Origin: Owenia fusiformis
Taxonomy: Eukaryota
DNA: 64,000 bases
Direction of reading: 5' to 3'
Assembly (NCBI GenBank): GCA_903813345.2
Contig: CAIIXF020000001.1
Span: forward strand, 8,370,001-8,434,000
Part shown: positions 50,401 to 63,440 of the stretch, one piece after another
How positions within the stretch are numbered: the first letter of the stretch is position 1
Layout of the letters: each line of letters starts with the position of its first letter
Position numbers and translations under genes: made by a program
Notes under the pieces: model-generated
Told to the model about the DNA's origin: nothing
The model's database searches: none
What the model saw: only the letters and a program-made list of their open reading frames with translations

Positions 50401-52597
50401 GCCCACATCCAGATATCTTGCTACTGGTTAAAATACCAATAATAGCATTGAAGATTTCATTTATCATCTTTTGCTCCTCATCCTCTGAAACAGATATCAA
50501 TCAGTATGCATATTTTAAACTTAACGAAGACAGGATTTTCAAATGTAACTCAAAAAGAATGTCACGTCACATACCCATTTTGAATGCTTTAAATGGTCTA
50601 AGATGTCTGTCAACCTTCTTCTTGCGCTCATGGGCTTCTTTCTCCTCATTGTACTTGCTCACTCCACTGATAGATTTGATGAGGTTCTGTAGAAAGTAGG
50701 CCCCTGCTGTGGAAATATCTTCATCAGGCACACCAATTCCCAACAGAATCTTTTGCATCCCTAACTTGGTCAATATCTCAATGGACTGAAAGAAACAAAA
50801 GTTCATTGTGCATTGTGATAAAAATCTACAATATTTACGCTTTTATTTTCCACTGTACTATTGGGTGGGTTTCACATTTTTACAAACTCAAAAGTTCTTA
50901 TTTTACATTCTTTGATATTTATTATTTTAGATTGATATAACTTTCAAATTCCAATCACCAAGGCAATTTTACACACATGAATAAATGCACTGATTAAAAA
51001 TTGAATATCAGACTTAAATTTTCCTAGAGCTCACTTCAGGTTCTGATCACATTATGCATGCTGTGCTTATTTCGAAGATTTTAATACGGATTCCACTTTC
51101 TGACAAAGGACTGCACTTTTAATCAAGTGACTCAATCAGAAGCATTTCTCAACTAGATCTCAAGCTCTCTGGGACAAATGAGAACTTGATAATCATTAAA
51201 ACCTCTATTGGAATATCAGAATCCAAACTGGCGAGCACAGCCAATTTAAGATACATTGCCAATATAGGTCATGTTGCTGAGGTGTTGTCAAATTTTCATA
51301 TTGGGTTCACTTACTCTTTCTTTGTTCTCCTTAGTAAGACACTGAAGTACCCTAACAGCAGCTAAAGCCAAGGATTTGTCCTTTATACTCAATAGTTCTA
51401 TGATCTTGGGAATACCACCAGCTTTTACTATCTTCTCAGCACCTGATTCCTCTCTAGCAAGAACTATCAGGTTATTAGCAGCCTACAATTGTAAAGTGTA
51501 GTGATGTACAGTAAATGATAGAATGTTTGAAGAAATTAGTGATAATTTAGTTTTGGTATAAACAGACCAATCTGCACTTTTTTCCTTTACTACACTAAAG
51601 ACAGATTGTAAGCACAGAGAAAATAATACTTTGTTTGCATCATGCTGATGACATATTTATTTCATATGATGAAGTATTTACAAGATGTGAAAATTTTGAT
51701 TATGATTGCATTCTGGTATACATGTTTCCAATTATCAAAATAGTATTTTCAGTAGTTATACAAAGTTCAGTATTGACAAGGTAACCTAATCAGTTAATTT
51801 CATAGACAGTAATACATATTACAAGTAATATTATCCCAGTATAAAGGTTTGATGGCATTAAGCTACTGGCAAACAGCTTCCTTACTTGTATTCGTTTTTC
51901 ATTATCTCCTGACGAGTGGTTAAAGACGAGATCAAACATTTGAGATACTTTGCTGTCAAGGCTCGCAACTTTTGAAGTCTTCTGTTGAATGACCATTGTG
52001 AGTTGACGTAAGATTGGTTGAATTGCAGCATTCTTAGGGTCTACATTGAGTAGCTGTCTGGCATCTTTGTACGCATCTTCATACTTTTCTAGGTGTTGGT
52101 ATGCTTGACAGCGTCTGAACAGAGCTTTTGGGTCATTTGGAGATATCTCTAACGCTGAAAGTAGAAAGTCATTAGAGAATCTAAATAAGATGTATTGTAT
52201 CTAGACAACAAACTCTCCTTTCTCACTTAAGGGAGAAACTTTCCTATCCATAGCCTTCAACTTTAGAAAAAACATAGCTTCTCCCTTGAGGGGAGCCATA
52301 ACAGTTTCTCATATAACATACCCACTTGTCAAATGTAGTAACATTTAATAATTGAATGAAAAATTGTACATGTACATTAAAATGCTTGCTTTTACCTGAA
52401 GTTGTATCCTCTATAGCTGCACTGTATTTCTCAAGTTTCAAGTGACAGGCAGCTTTGTTCTTGAAATATGTTGCCTTTTCTTTGTCACCTTCTTCACTCA
52501 AAGATAAGGCCTTTGCGTAGCAAGTCAGGGCATCCTCATATTTGCCCTGCTTGAAATATGTGTTCCCTTCCTCCTTCAACTCCTTTGGTTCTGGCAT
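44407..52597 (-). CDS. unc-45: UNC-45 myosin chaperone (TPR + central + UCS domains), 16 coding exons, about 1036 aa
   Basis: Exons join in frame (3111 nt): 52597-52396, 52154-51886, 51482-51315, 50785-50575, 50484-50145, 49899-49737, 49469-49335, 49126-49032, 48104-47963, 47752-47612, 47127-46945, 46681-46568, 46326-46093, 45720-45574, 45360-45217, 44829-44407. [17 protein letters not shown]...[15 protein letters not shown] motifs [27 protein letters not shown]-like, [15 protein letters not shown]. Confidence 0.95.
48155..48560. mobile_element. Palindromic non-autonomous element in an unc-45 intron
   Basis: Long imperfect inverted repeat 48348-48513 (ATATAGACC...AGCAGGGGTAATATCGTCGAATACACCC / GGGTGTATTCGACGATATAACCCCTGCT...GGTCTATAT). 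Related sequence at 4381-4620. Confidence 0.65.
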
Positions 52598-52994
52598 TTT
52601 TATCTGAAAGTCATGAAATGCATAAGTTAATCTCATTCTTACAGTGGATGGTGCATTTAGTGTTAAAGTACAGCAAAGAATAAAACTTGTGATTTGTTAG
52701 AAGTAGACTTTCACTTACAGTAGAAATGTCCATTTGCTTGTTCTGAAGGGGATGATACATACATTTACTAGCAAAATCATTGGCAGATAACCTTAATAAA
52801 AACTCAACGATTATCATGAAATGAAGTCAGAACTTACTGTTGGGCTTCTCAGGAAATAGGCATGACATGGGAAGCCAAATATATTGTAAAGTTAAAATTC
52901 TTTAGAGGAGCTTTAACTTGTCTTTTTGCACCTTTAAAGGCACTTCTGTATGGAAGTTTCCTTGGTTTGGATATTCATATTGAATAATTTACAC

Positions 52995-53733
52995 AAAGGA
53001 GTGATATCGATATGGTGAACCTTTTGGACACACATTTCTCTTAAACCAGTAATCAAAACATTCTGAAAATGTTACACATCGTCAATTTAATGGTCATCTT
53101 TTGGATGGTAACACTATAATTTAAAATATATATAAATACTTTTTTCTATATCGTTTTAGAAAACACTTCAGACACTCCTTTTGTTATTGGTATCATATGT
53201 TCGGAATGAAATGAAACATCTATCCGAACCTCATTGGAACAAAACGACATAAACACGACGTGTTTAGGTCTCTCAATATTGTAATTGTACAAAGGAAAGT
53301 TTGGTTGATTTTAAAAAAGAAATCTTGTTAATGAAATAAAAGGTTTATCTTAATTTCTATCTATTTTGGGGGGTTTTGTTTTAAGTTTTTGCATACTTTT
53401 TGTTAAATCAACCAAACTTTCTTTTGTATAACTACAATATTAAGAGGTATAAGGAAATGTTGTATATGCTATTTTGTTCCAACAAGGTTCGGAAAGACAT
53501 TTTATTTCATTCCCAAGAATTGGTAGAAAGGAACAAAAAACAATTGCACTAAAAAAACAAAAAATGTTAAAAAAAACAGCTATATAAAATATATATAAAT
53601 AATTTTTGCATAAATTGTTGCCAATCAGTCAACATTACATAAAGGACTGTGTTTTTTTACAGAATGTTTTCAATAATTGGTTTAAGAGAAAAACATTGTT
53701 GAATTCAGTTCACCATATCGATACCTATCCTTT
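52995..53733. mobile_element. Degenerate foldback/MITE-like element
   Basis: Nested inverted arms: ATCGATATGGTGAAC / GTTCACCATATCGAT, CTCTTAAACCA / TGGTTTAAGAG, AAAGTTTGGTTGATTT / AAATCAACCAAACTTT. Confidence 0.7.
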
Positions 53734-54594
53734 ATAATGTAGAAAATATAATCTCAATCTCCATTAAAGTTTAGTGATCTGCCCATTTTAGTAGCAGGTA
53801 AAATATTTTCTGTACAATATGTTAGAAAGGATAATTCATTTTCCATGATATTCTAGCATGGGGTTTTATAGGGGGATATATTGTGAGAATCTACTTGAAC
53901 TAGAAATAACATGTTTAAGAAATTAGTATGGAGATTTCAAATCGCTTTGAAAAAATCAACATTTGATGTACTTGTATATTTCTTAGTTTTGCAAAGAAAT
54001 CTATAAAAACAAAAAATTCAGTGATTCCTTTTTTATACACATCAGGCACGTAACCAGGCGTACGCAAGGGTACGCAGTTGCGTACACCCTAAATGATGGA
54101 GCAAAATAATAAATTGTTATAAAAAATAAAAAAAGTAAAGCAAAATATTTTGTTTCATGATCTTTTCTGGACTACCTCTCTTCAAGACTCCTGACAAGTA
54201 CCATTTTTCCATTCTGGTTGCATCACAAACAACGTATACAATAATAAATAGTTATCACTTACCAGCGCAATAATTAGATATTACACTTTATCACATACTA
54301 TGTAAAATTCCAGTAATCTGATTGGTTGGTTACCATGTGAGTTTTCCCGTCTCACACGGCCGTCTCACACGTTACTAGAGGCAACCAGTGATGACGTTTC
54401 ATATTTTAAAAGAAAACAGTATGACGTCATATTACTTCACAAGAAAGTATGAATGCAACGGTATGACGTCATATTATTTCAAAGCGAAATTTCAAAACAC
54501 ACAAAAATGGTAATAGTTACCGTGAGTACAGAGTACTGAACTGAGTCATACTGTCCAAATCAAAATGCTTCATTATTCCTAGACATGTGATAAA

Positions 54595-54745
54595 ATCGTC
54601 ATCACACGTTTCAGCTTATGTGATACAGGAAATATTCCACTCGGGTAACAATGTATCACCACTCAAGCTTCGCTTTCGTGGATGATACAGTATTACCTTT
54701 CGTGGAATATTTCCTGTATCACATGCTGAAACGTGTGATAACTGA
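54595..54745. repeat. Palindromic core of a non-autonomous element
   Basis: ATCACACGTTTCAGC..ATGTGATACAGGAAATATTCCAC ... GTGGAATATTTCCTGTATCACATGCTGAAACGTGTGAT. Confidence 0.7.
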
Positions 54746-55029
54746 TAGTATAGCATACTTACCTGGATATTACTATGATTCACTGTGATGATTTTCACAT
54801 CCATTTCATTGATAGTAAAACTGAAGTCGATTATGATTGTCTGCTTTTGTCAATTGTAAAAGTTGTGAGTCAGTTCAAACAAGAAACAACAAAGATCAGC
54901 TGATCGACAAATCAATCGAATCCATGCATTTTCGCATGGAGAGTAATTAGGTGAGGAGCTAGTGAAGTTAGCTAACTGGAGGAAATAACAAGTAGTGTTT
55001 TGGGTAAAACAGGTAGCAAATCGCTACCT

Positions 55030-55913
55030 TAGCAATGCTAATTTCCAGGCCTGACTATCACACTAAACTAGTTCTCACTACATTCTCAAAAACGGTCTTA
55101 AACTGTGTACGAACTGATTCGATGTACTAAGAACCATTTAGAGTCTATTTACAAACTTCATACGCGAATGGGTAGGTTCTCCGGAACTCAGAGCATGTTC
55201 AAATTTTCTGATGGTCGTCACATACTGTAAATAGAACAGATAACAACGTACTTAAGACAAATTGGACGTACTACGAACGGAACTGTTGTATGTACTTAAA
55301 CCCGAGTAGGGACGTTTTTAGAACGAAATTAATTGTTCGAAGATGAATTGAGAATGAGGTAGAACTAATTGCAAACAGGTCTAAACTGATTACGGATGTA
55401 GAAAGACTGCATATGAACATGTCTATTGAATCCCCATGATATGAACACATCAAAGGAGTTGCCATTACATTCTTAAAAACATTGCCGAACTATTCAAACG
55501 GAATGAACGTAGCTGCAACTTTCTATTTACAAACTTCATGGACGTGCTCGAATGAAGAAGGTGATTTAGAATTTTGAATCATTTCAAAATTTGATGGTGA
55601 CCATGCTGTTCTTTGATTAGATTGTGCATAGCACCCATGGATTGTGTGACAATGTACTTCAAATGAGATGACCTACTAGACTAGGAACGTAATTGCAGCA
55701 CTTCGACCCTACAAGGGACGAATTGATCAGGCCTATCAATTGCAGAACGTGTACATACTGACATGGTACGACCTGAATGTACTGCGAATAAAATAAACGT
55801 ATTGAAGATTGTTTATGAAAGAAGAACCATATTTCCCCAGATTTAGCCTGTTTTACAGCTTTTTATATGACTGGAAAGAAAGGTTGAGAACTAGTTTGGT
55901 GTGATAGGTGGGT
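55030..55913. mobile_element. Non-autonomous DNA transposon copy A (same family as 57866-58673)
   Basis: TIR CTATCACAC(T/C)AAACTAGTTCTC / GAGAACTAGTTTGGTGTGATAG; internal sequence collinear with copy B. Confidence 0.8.
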
Positions 55914-56785
55914 TAGGTCTAAAATCAAAAAATTCCGGGGGCAGCCGATTGCCCCCAAACACCCTAATTTTACTAGGCCTTCGGCCTCGCGTACCTGCTA
56001 TCAAAATCCTGGTTACGCCGCTACATTTTACAAAACAAATCTTCTTGCCAGTCTTTTATAGGTTCATTACTGCACTCTTTGTGCAAAACTGAAAGACTTA
56101 CCTTATCGTCGAGATGTGCTTTTTTCATAGCATCTCTTTGTTATAACACAGACAAATCTTTGAAATAATCTTACCTTCATATCAGTGCTTATAGTAAAGT
56201 TGATTCCCTAAATCATGAAACTGTCACTTTGCACTTCTTCAGTGCGAGTTCAGTCCCAACTACAAATCTACAACTTGTTTCAAATAAAGATATAGGCCCA
56301 AACTCCAATATTGTATCCAAGATATGAATATTGCAGTATAGTTTCTAGAGTCATCTAGAAACTTCTGGCACATAAATATTCACATACAACCAATCAAGGT
56401 GCTATTTTTACACTGGCTTAGTTCAGCTGGGGAAATAAGATCCGATTCACAGGCATTTGGGTTATTTTTAGACCAAGGGTTTATCGATACCACGCCGTGT
56501 TATCGGATTAGATTTCTCTTTTTGAATACATCCTATGCAATCTATAAATACTTAAAAGACAAAATTTATACTTACTGTATTGATAAATTGCTTTAAAGGT
56601 AGATAATTTCAACGAGAAATGATGAAGAAAGTTTAAAACTTTTTTCGGTTTTGGGCATCTGCACGATGGCGTTTAATCCTCAAATGTGATTGGCTGATAT
56701 TTGGCATTTAAACGAAAGCGAAAGTAGGTCCCCATTTATAAAAAAAATCGGTCCCAGTGAATATTTTCCTGGTTTGCATAAATAA

Positions 56786-57272
56786 GGGCTATGTACTCGG
56801 AGGTTTTGGATATGGAGTTTATCCAGAGGGATATATGTATATCTCACGAGGGATAAACCCGGGGATAAACCATAGTCAGCACCATCTATCTAATATCATT
56901 TAGTCTAATAAGAATATTGAAGACAGTGCTCACTGTGGAATAAACCCCATTGCCAAAATGACCGTACATAACCGCTTTATCCTATACACTGTTGAGTTTT
57001 CTAAACAAAAGTTTTTCACATTTTTTCAAAATTTATTTACAATTTGTCTTTTTTAACTTCTATTTTTCAAAGCGGGAAGATATGCCCTGGAGTGGGAGAT
57101 ATGGCGGGAGATATGAAGGTTGGAAACCTCAAAATCAGGATACGGGATATATCTTACCAACTTATCTTCCTAAAACTCTACTTGACATAAGTACATTTCG
57201 GTGGTCCCTCAGCTAGATATGCATATATCCCTCTGGATAAACCCATATCCAAAACTTCCCAGTGCACAGCCC
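56786..57272. mobile_element. Harbinger-like MITE
   Basis: ~55-bp imperfect TIR GGGCT..GTACT.GGAGGTTTTGGATATGG..TTTATCCAGAGGGATATATG; TAA/TTA flanks. Confidence 0.75.
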
Positions 57273-57865
57273 TTATGTATCTACAGCCGTGACCCCGTCT
57301 GCGTAATTACAATTCATGCGAATTATGTCACCATAATGATAAAAAGATGAGGACGGGATTTCGGACCTTCTTCCCCTAGGATAGATGTACATGTAAGATG
57401 TAAATGTATTCATGGGAGGCAATATGGAGTATATTTTTACAGGAATATATTTTCAATTATCTTTTTGGAACAATTTTTTTGTCCCATTGACATGGTAGTA
57501 TTATATATAGCTGGCAATAAATTCAGTGGTTTTATTAGAACAATATTTTCCTTCGAGTGTTGTCCCCACGATAGTTAAAAATCCAACTCTTAAACACTAT
57601 GGATTAGGACCTCACCTTGTCAGTTCTTTTAAAAATGCCTAGGCTTATTTTGTAAAAAGAGGATCTTATTTTGCTCAGTTTGAATATATCAAACGTTTCA
57701 TCTCCAATATATTTAAAACAACTTCTGAAAATGCGTATGGGATGGGGATTGAAATGCGATAAAGTTAAAAACCACACATCCCATGTTATTTTCCCATAGG
57801 TAAAACATCCATTGTTTTTAGCATAATTTTGGTCATCGAAATTTGATCTTCAAAACTAGATCTTA

Positions 57866-58673
57866 CCCTACTATCACACCAAACTAGTTCTCACTACGTT
57901 CTCGAAAACGGGCTTCAACTGTGTACGAACGGACTGGACCTACTAAGAACCGTTTGGGATCTATTTACAAACTTCATCGAACGTACTCGAACGGGTAGGT
58001 CCTCTAGAACTTAGACAATGCTCAAAATGTACTCGTGGTCGTCACGTTCTACAATTAGAACGAGTGACAACGTACTAACGACGAGCTGGACGTACTACGA
58101 ACGGAACCGTCGTACTTCAATCCTAAAAGGGACGTTTTAACAACGAGTTGAACTGTCTGAGGACGTGTTGAGAACGAGGTAGAACTAATTGCAAACGGGT
58201 TTAAACTGATTAAGAACGTATTTAACACTGCTTATGAACGAGTTAGCAAAAATATAGCTATCACACCAAACAAGTTGCCACTGCGTTCTTCAAAACTGGT
58301 TTGAAACTGTGTGCGAATGGAATGAACGTAGCTGCAACTTTCTAAGGTCTATTTACGAACTTTATGAACGTTCTCAGACGGGAATGTGATTTTAGAATTT
58401 TGAGTCGATTCAAAGTTCGATGGCGACCATGCCGTTCTGTAATCAGGTCATGTTGACCTTCTAGACTAAGGGACGCGTTCTACGACGTTGTACACCGACG
58501 TGGTGCGACCTGAACGAACTGCGAACGAGATGGACGTATTGAAGACTGTTTAAGGACGAAGAAGCTAATTATTTCAGACATATTTCCCGACCACAGCCAG
58601 ATTGAGCCCGTTTTACGACGTTTTCGTAGGACTGGCAAGAACGGGTAAGAACTAGTTTGGTGTGATAGGGGGG
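57866..58673. mobile_element. Non-autonomous DNA transposon copy B, inserted into an older repeat
   Basis: TIR CCCTACTATCACACCAAACTAGTTCT / AGAACTAGTTTGGTGTGATAGGGGGG. It interrupts a repeat whose intact inverted copy lies at 63500-63880. Confidence 0.8.
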
Positions 58674-59773
58674 TAAAGTCTCAATACCATTCTTCTTTTG
58701 AAGTAGTTTAAGACCGTATTGAATAATTTTGTCATGCAATAAAAATTGAAAAAGAACATCTCTTTTGGGTAAATAGGTTCAACATTTTGAAAAAATGTTG
58801 ACATGGAGTCCCTATTCATAATTTCTTCGAATTATTCGATTGATATTTTTATTATCCTTGAGAATTTACTTGAAAGATAATATATTGTGTTAATGAGAAA
58901 TGTCATATTTAAATTGAAAAAGCACTCATGGTGACAGATATGACCGTCTAAAAGCACTTGCCATACTACACCTGGTCCTTTTATGTATGTTCCAATGATC
59001 AATCAAGCCCGTTCGAAGTGTGATCGTTGGGGGCGACCGCCTCCCAGATTTTTAGAGATTTGTATTTAATTATGCAAATGTGGCAAATGCGGATATGCCC
59101 AAAATGTGCCGGAGAGGGTCTAATTTTTCTGTTGCATGCAGACGCCCCTCCTTGCGTCACTCTGCACTGTTGACGCTTTGCGTGGCGTCCCCCTCTTCAG
59201 CTCTTGGGAAATTCTTGAGATGAGCCTGTCAATCATGCCAATATTAAACACATAAGTTGAAAGCCCTGAATTCATTCATGAAATTGAAACGTATAGAATT
59301 GTTGTAATTCAGAAAGTGCACTGATTTTTGAAATGCTAAATGTTCCTTGACTACATTCGAACTCAATTTTCACATTCACCGTTGATAAAACGTCTGAAAA
59401 TATAACCTATTTCTGCTAATTTTTGGTGAGACAGTCACTAAACAACGTTCTTATAAAATACAAAATATAGAAATGACAATGGGTTTTGCAAGTCCGTTTT
59501 GTAAGTGACAGAAAATTCAGAGAGAGAGGATGCATTTCAAACTGGGCAGACTAAATGATTATCTGGACCATTATGATATAAATGTGCTAAACACATGATT
59601 TGCATATACAGGGTGTCCTGAAAGTATAGGACCCTCCCCTTAGACAGACATATACCAATGCCTCCAATGCCATATATCAGTTTAAAGCTTATACAAATTA
59701 AAATTGATTTGCCAAGTATCATGGTTCAACTCACAAATGGGAAATAGTTACAGGCATTTCAAAATGACCGCGG

Positions 59774-60246
59774 GTTGTTTGTAGAATGAATCGGATGAGT
59801 TTTTTCCATGTATTTCGCTTGTGATATAAACCAAAACAACCCAATAAGGTGTGTATTATTAATGATTAACTTTCCCATTATCTCAAAATCTGCTTTGTAC
59901 TGTACCATTGGCTTACTATGGGAAATTTCTCAAAGAGAAAATTGTAGGGATTAAGGAATGGGCACCACTTACACAATTTGAGAAATTATTGGCAGGCATG
60001 AAACCAGCATTTATATTATTCAAAGGTTTTCGTAATCAATGATCCCGAGCACTTTGAAGTTTGGATAATAAAAATACCTTGGTGTTATCCATAGATAATC
60101 CTTGAAAATGAGAAATATGTATTTTGGGGATTATCTGGTGCAATTTTATAGTCAATATAATGTTTTAAAGTGTATTGATGTTTTTTAGATGAAAAACACA
60201 CGCAAAATGCATGAAAAAACTCCCCCGATTCATTCTACAAACAACT
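59774..60246. mobile_element. Degenerate MITE-like element
   Basis: Inverted arms GTTGTTTGTAGAATGAATCGG..GAGTTTTTTCCATG / CATGAAAAAACTC..CCGATTCATTCTACAAACAAC. Confidence 0.65.
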
Positions 60247-60641
60247 CACAGTTTTTTAGTTTTTGACCATTTAAGTTCTTTTTATATATGATCTTAAATG
60301 CCGTTCAAACAGGGGTGTAGCATTTTGTAACGCTCATAAAACCTTTTTAAGGCATTTTAGAAGAGTTTCCTTGGAGTATCTGCCCTCGTCGTCCTCTTTT
60401 TCCAACTCAATATACATCTTTGACGACAGCCCCCATATTTTCAGTCAAATACAAAACATGCTCTGATATTAGACATTCATTTTTTCATTTATTTGAAAGC
60501 TTGAGTTACAACTACTATTGAGTGTGATGGTTATCTGGTTATACGTATCCATTGCCCGTGATGTCTTTACAATACTGAAATCATTAACAGAGCTTTTATT
60601 TTATTTATCCTCCCTTCTTAATTCTCTTGTTTAAACAGTTA

Positions 60642-63440
60642 CTACAATGGTTTTATCTGTGCTGCAACTACGAAGTCATCTTCCACCTTTGTGAAGTATG
60701 CTTTCCCCTCATATTCAAAGTTCTTGGCAGGAACTCTAACAATTGTCTTCCATCCAAACTCTAATTCAGCTAGTGCCTGCAAATAGGAAGCAAAAAAACA
60801 TATCATAGATCAATTACTAAGTTCACATTTCACGACCCAGCAAAGGAAGTTGACTTACAGCTGGTTCACTCTAGACAACATAATATCAAACGATTCAAAA
60901 GATCCCAAAGTTAGCTGTCCTTAATTTGAATGTATTACTTACTATAGTCACGGGGTGTGTGTTGACTGTTATAAGACCAGTGTATCCCAAACTCCTTGCA
61001 ACCCGCATTGTTTCCACCTCGAGCATATGTATCAGTCGGATATTCTCAGCATCAGAAACGTATTTTGCAGTGGCCACCGAACCTGACCATAGCCACTTAC
61101 CACCAAGCTCAGCAATTACCTTCCTTGCTGGTTCCTCAGCTTGCATTACCAAAGCAGCTATAGGATACAGTAATTCTGGTTCAACTGCAACTTCGTAGTC
61201 GAGTTCAGAGCTGAGTAGCATTCCAGCAGCAACAACTTTACCAGTGACTCTGTTTACGACTCCCATGGAAATATTATCTTGTTCCAAAATTGGCCAGAAT
61301 GTTTTCAAGTGATGCATGTATTGCTCAAATGTACATCCAACATCAATGATTAGCAAATCTTTTCTAATGAAGGCATCGGAGAGAACGACCATCGCTTGTT
61401 CTTTATAGTTGGCATCTGTACAGATGTTGACTAATTCATATGTATCAGTATCTATGACAGACGCTGTGGCATTGTTGTCTTTCTTTTGCCTCAATTTTTC
61501 AATTAGATCCTGAAGACTGGATGAGCCTAGAAAATCTGCAACCGTTAGCAAGACTCCTTTCGATTTCATATCAGCTATTGTGTACATAGCGTTTGCTGAT
61601 GTCCCTCCATTCTGAAAGAAATCTTTTGTGATTATGAGGTTGGCCACGGGAACTTCGATGATCTTTGCAACAGACTCCAATACATTCATACCAAACAGTC
61701 TTGTTTGTATTGGTTTAGTATCGTATTGCTTTCTACGACTGTTGTTTCATTAAACTTGTTTTCATACATCGCCTTCAATGCCATTCGGTCAATTTTCCCG
61801 GCAATTGCTTGAATAGGAAATTTGTCAATCTTCTCAAAGTGCGGCATCATGTAGGTTGGAAGATATTGTGAGCAGAATTCAGAAACTGATTCAACGCTGG
61901 CTTCTCTTTCCGGCATAGCAGTGTAGAAAGTTACTAACGTTATCATACCACTGACAGAGTTATGCACTATAGTTATGGCCTGATCAACCCCAGGGTGACT
62001 CTGCATGACACTTTCAATTTCTAAAATATTTACTCTGTATCCCCGGATTTTCACCTGAAAATCTCTTCGACCTTGGTAAAATATCCTCCCATCGACTATC
62101 TTAGCAAAATCTCCCACTCTGAACAGAAATTCATGGCCTTCGCTTGGTAGGATTGTATTTTTGACAAACATGTTCATTCTGCTTATTTCAGTATAGCCAG
62201 TTGTTAAGCAACCTCCACTGCAGAGCACTTCCCCAGTCTCACCCTTTGGTACTGGCTGTAAGTTCTCATCAACGATATACACATTCGAATTGTATGTTGG
62301 GACTCCAATAGACATAATGTTGTCATTCATTTTTTTCTCAGCATCTTCCAACGATGAAAAAATATCGATGGTAGTATCACCCGCTGTCTCCGTGGAGCCA
62401 TAACCGTTAATGAGGGTGTGCCCATCAGAGAAATAACTGAAGAAATCTCGAACGAGAACAGTTGATACAACCTCACCTCCGAGGATGATAAATTTGAGAT
62501 GGGACAGGCGATTTTTGATTGGATGCATATTGAGACAGACCAACATATTTCGCAAAAGGACCGGAACACAGGCTAGTCTAGTGATGTTATATTGCTCAAT
62601 TGCTTTGATCAACATCTCGGGATCTTGTTTCATTGCCCTTGGCAAAATAATCAAGGGTCGTCCCTTCAGTAACCATGTGTACATTTCCCTAATTGAATCC
62701 ACAAACAACAAGTCTAACAAGGCACATCCAGTCTCATCTTGTTTGAATGGGGTTTTATCCCAGTAGTAATTGATTATGTTCAGCTGACTGGCATGGGTCA
62801 GCTTCACTCCTTTAGGGGTGCCGGTGCTTCCCGAGGTGAACAGTGTGCAAATCAGTGGATTTTCCCCCGTAAGACCACTCTTCATCAGGGCAAAATCAGC
62901 ATCAGTCAAGTTGGTATCTTCAACAGTTGTACAAGAGTCAGCTTCAATTTCATCAAGTATCGAGTCTATGTTTAACACAGGGACTGCTTGGATGGTCGGA
63001 TTGTTAGCATTAGATCCACATGCAAATATGCAAATCGGTTTGCATTCATCCATTATGTACTGCAAACGTTTTGGAGGAAAGACAGAACTCATAGGGGCAT
63101 ATGCACTTCCAAGTTTCAGTATGCTCATCAAAGCGATCACTCGTCTTGCACTGGGTTCCATAAACACGGATATTGTTTTGTCGGGGGAATTCAATGCATC
63201 TATACCGTTATCCACCATTCGTTTCAGTACAATTCGAGCAACCATATTTGCCCTTTTGTTGAGCCGTCCAAAGGTCAGAGTTTCCTCCCCAAATTGGACA
63301 GCCATTTGATTTTCAATTGGTTCCATTCCATTTGATGTATCAATTGTGCCTTTAACAGTGTTTTCAAATACTTTATGAATGAAGTCACCGCCGTTATCAT
63401 TCTCCTCTCCCCTAAGAATACTAAGTGGTCGTTCAGACAT
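60642..63440 (-). CDS. ebony: Ebony-type NRPS-like beta-alanyl-biogenic-amine synthase (A-T-AANAT-like domains), interrupted by a frameshift near 61689
   Basis: Start MSERPLSILRG directly after a TTGCAG acceptor. A-domain motifs FTSGSTGTPKG, FVDS, NGYGSTE, GRRDFQVKIRG, AGKIDR. T domain DFFQNGGTS. C-terminal domain ...VNTHPVTI|ALAELEFGWKT across intron 60942-60777; last exon 60776-60642. The fused product would be about 877 aa, close to insect Ebony length. May be a pseudogene allele or an assembly error. Confidence 0.85.

Noticed and set aside
54043-56023. Large hAT-like element enclosing 54250-55913
   Set aside because: Only a 10-bp terminal match (CGTAACCAGG) and no 8-bp TSD, so not listed as a feature.
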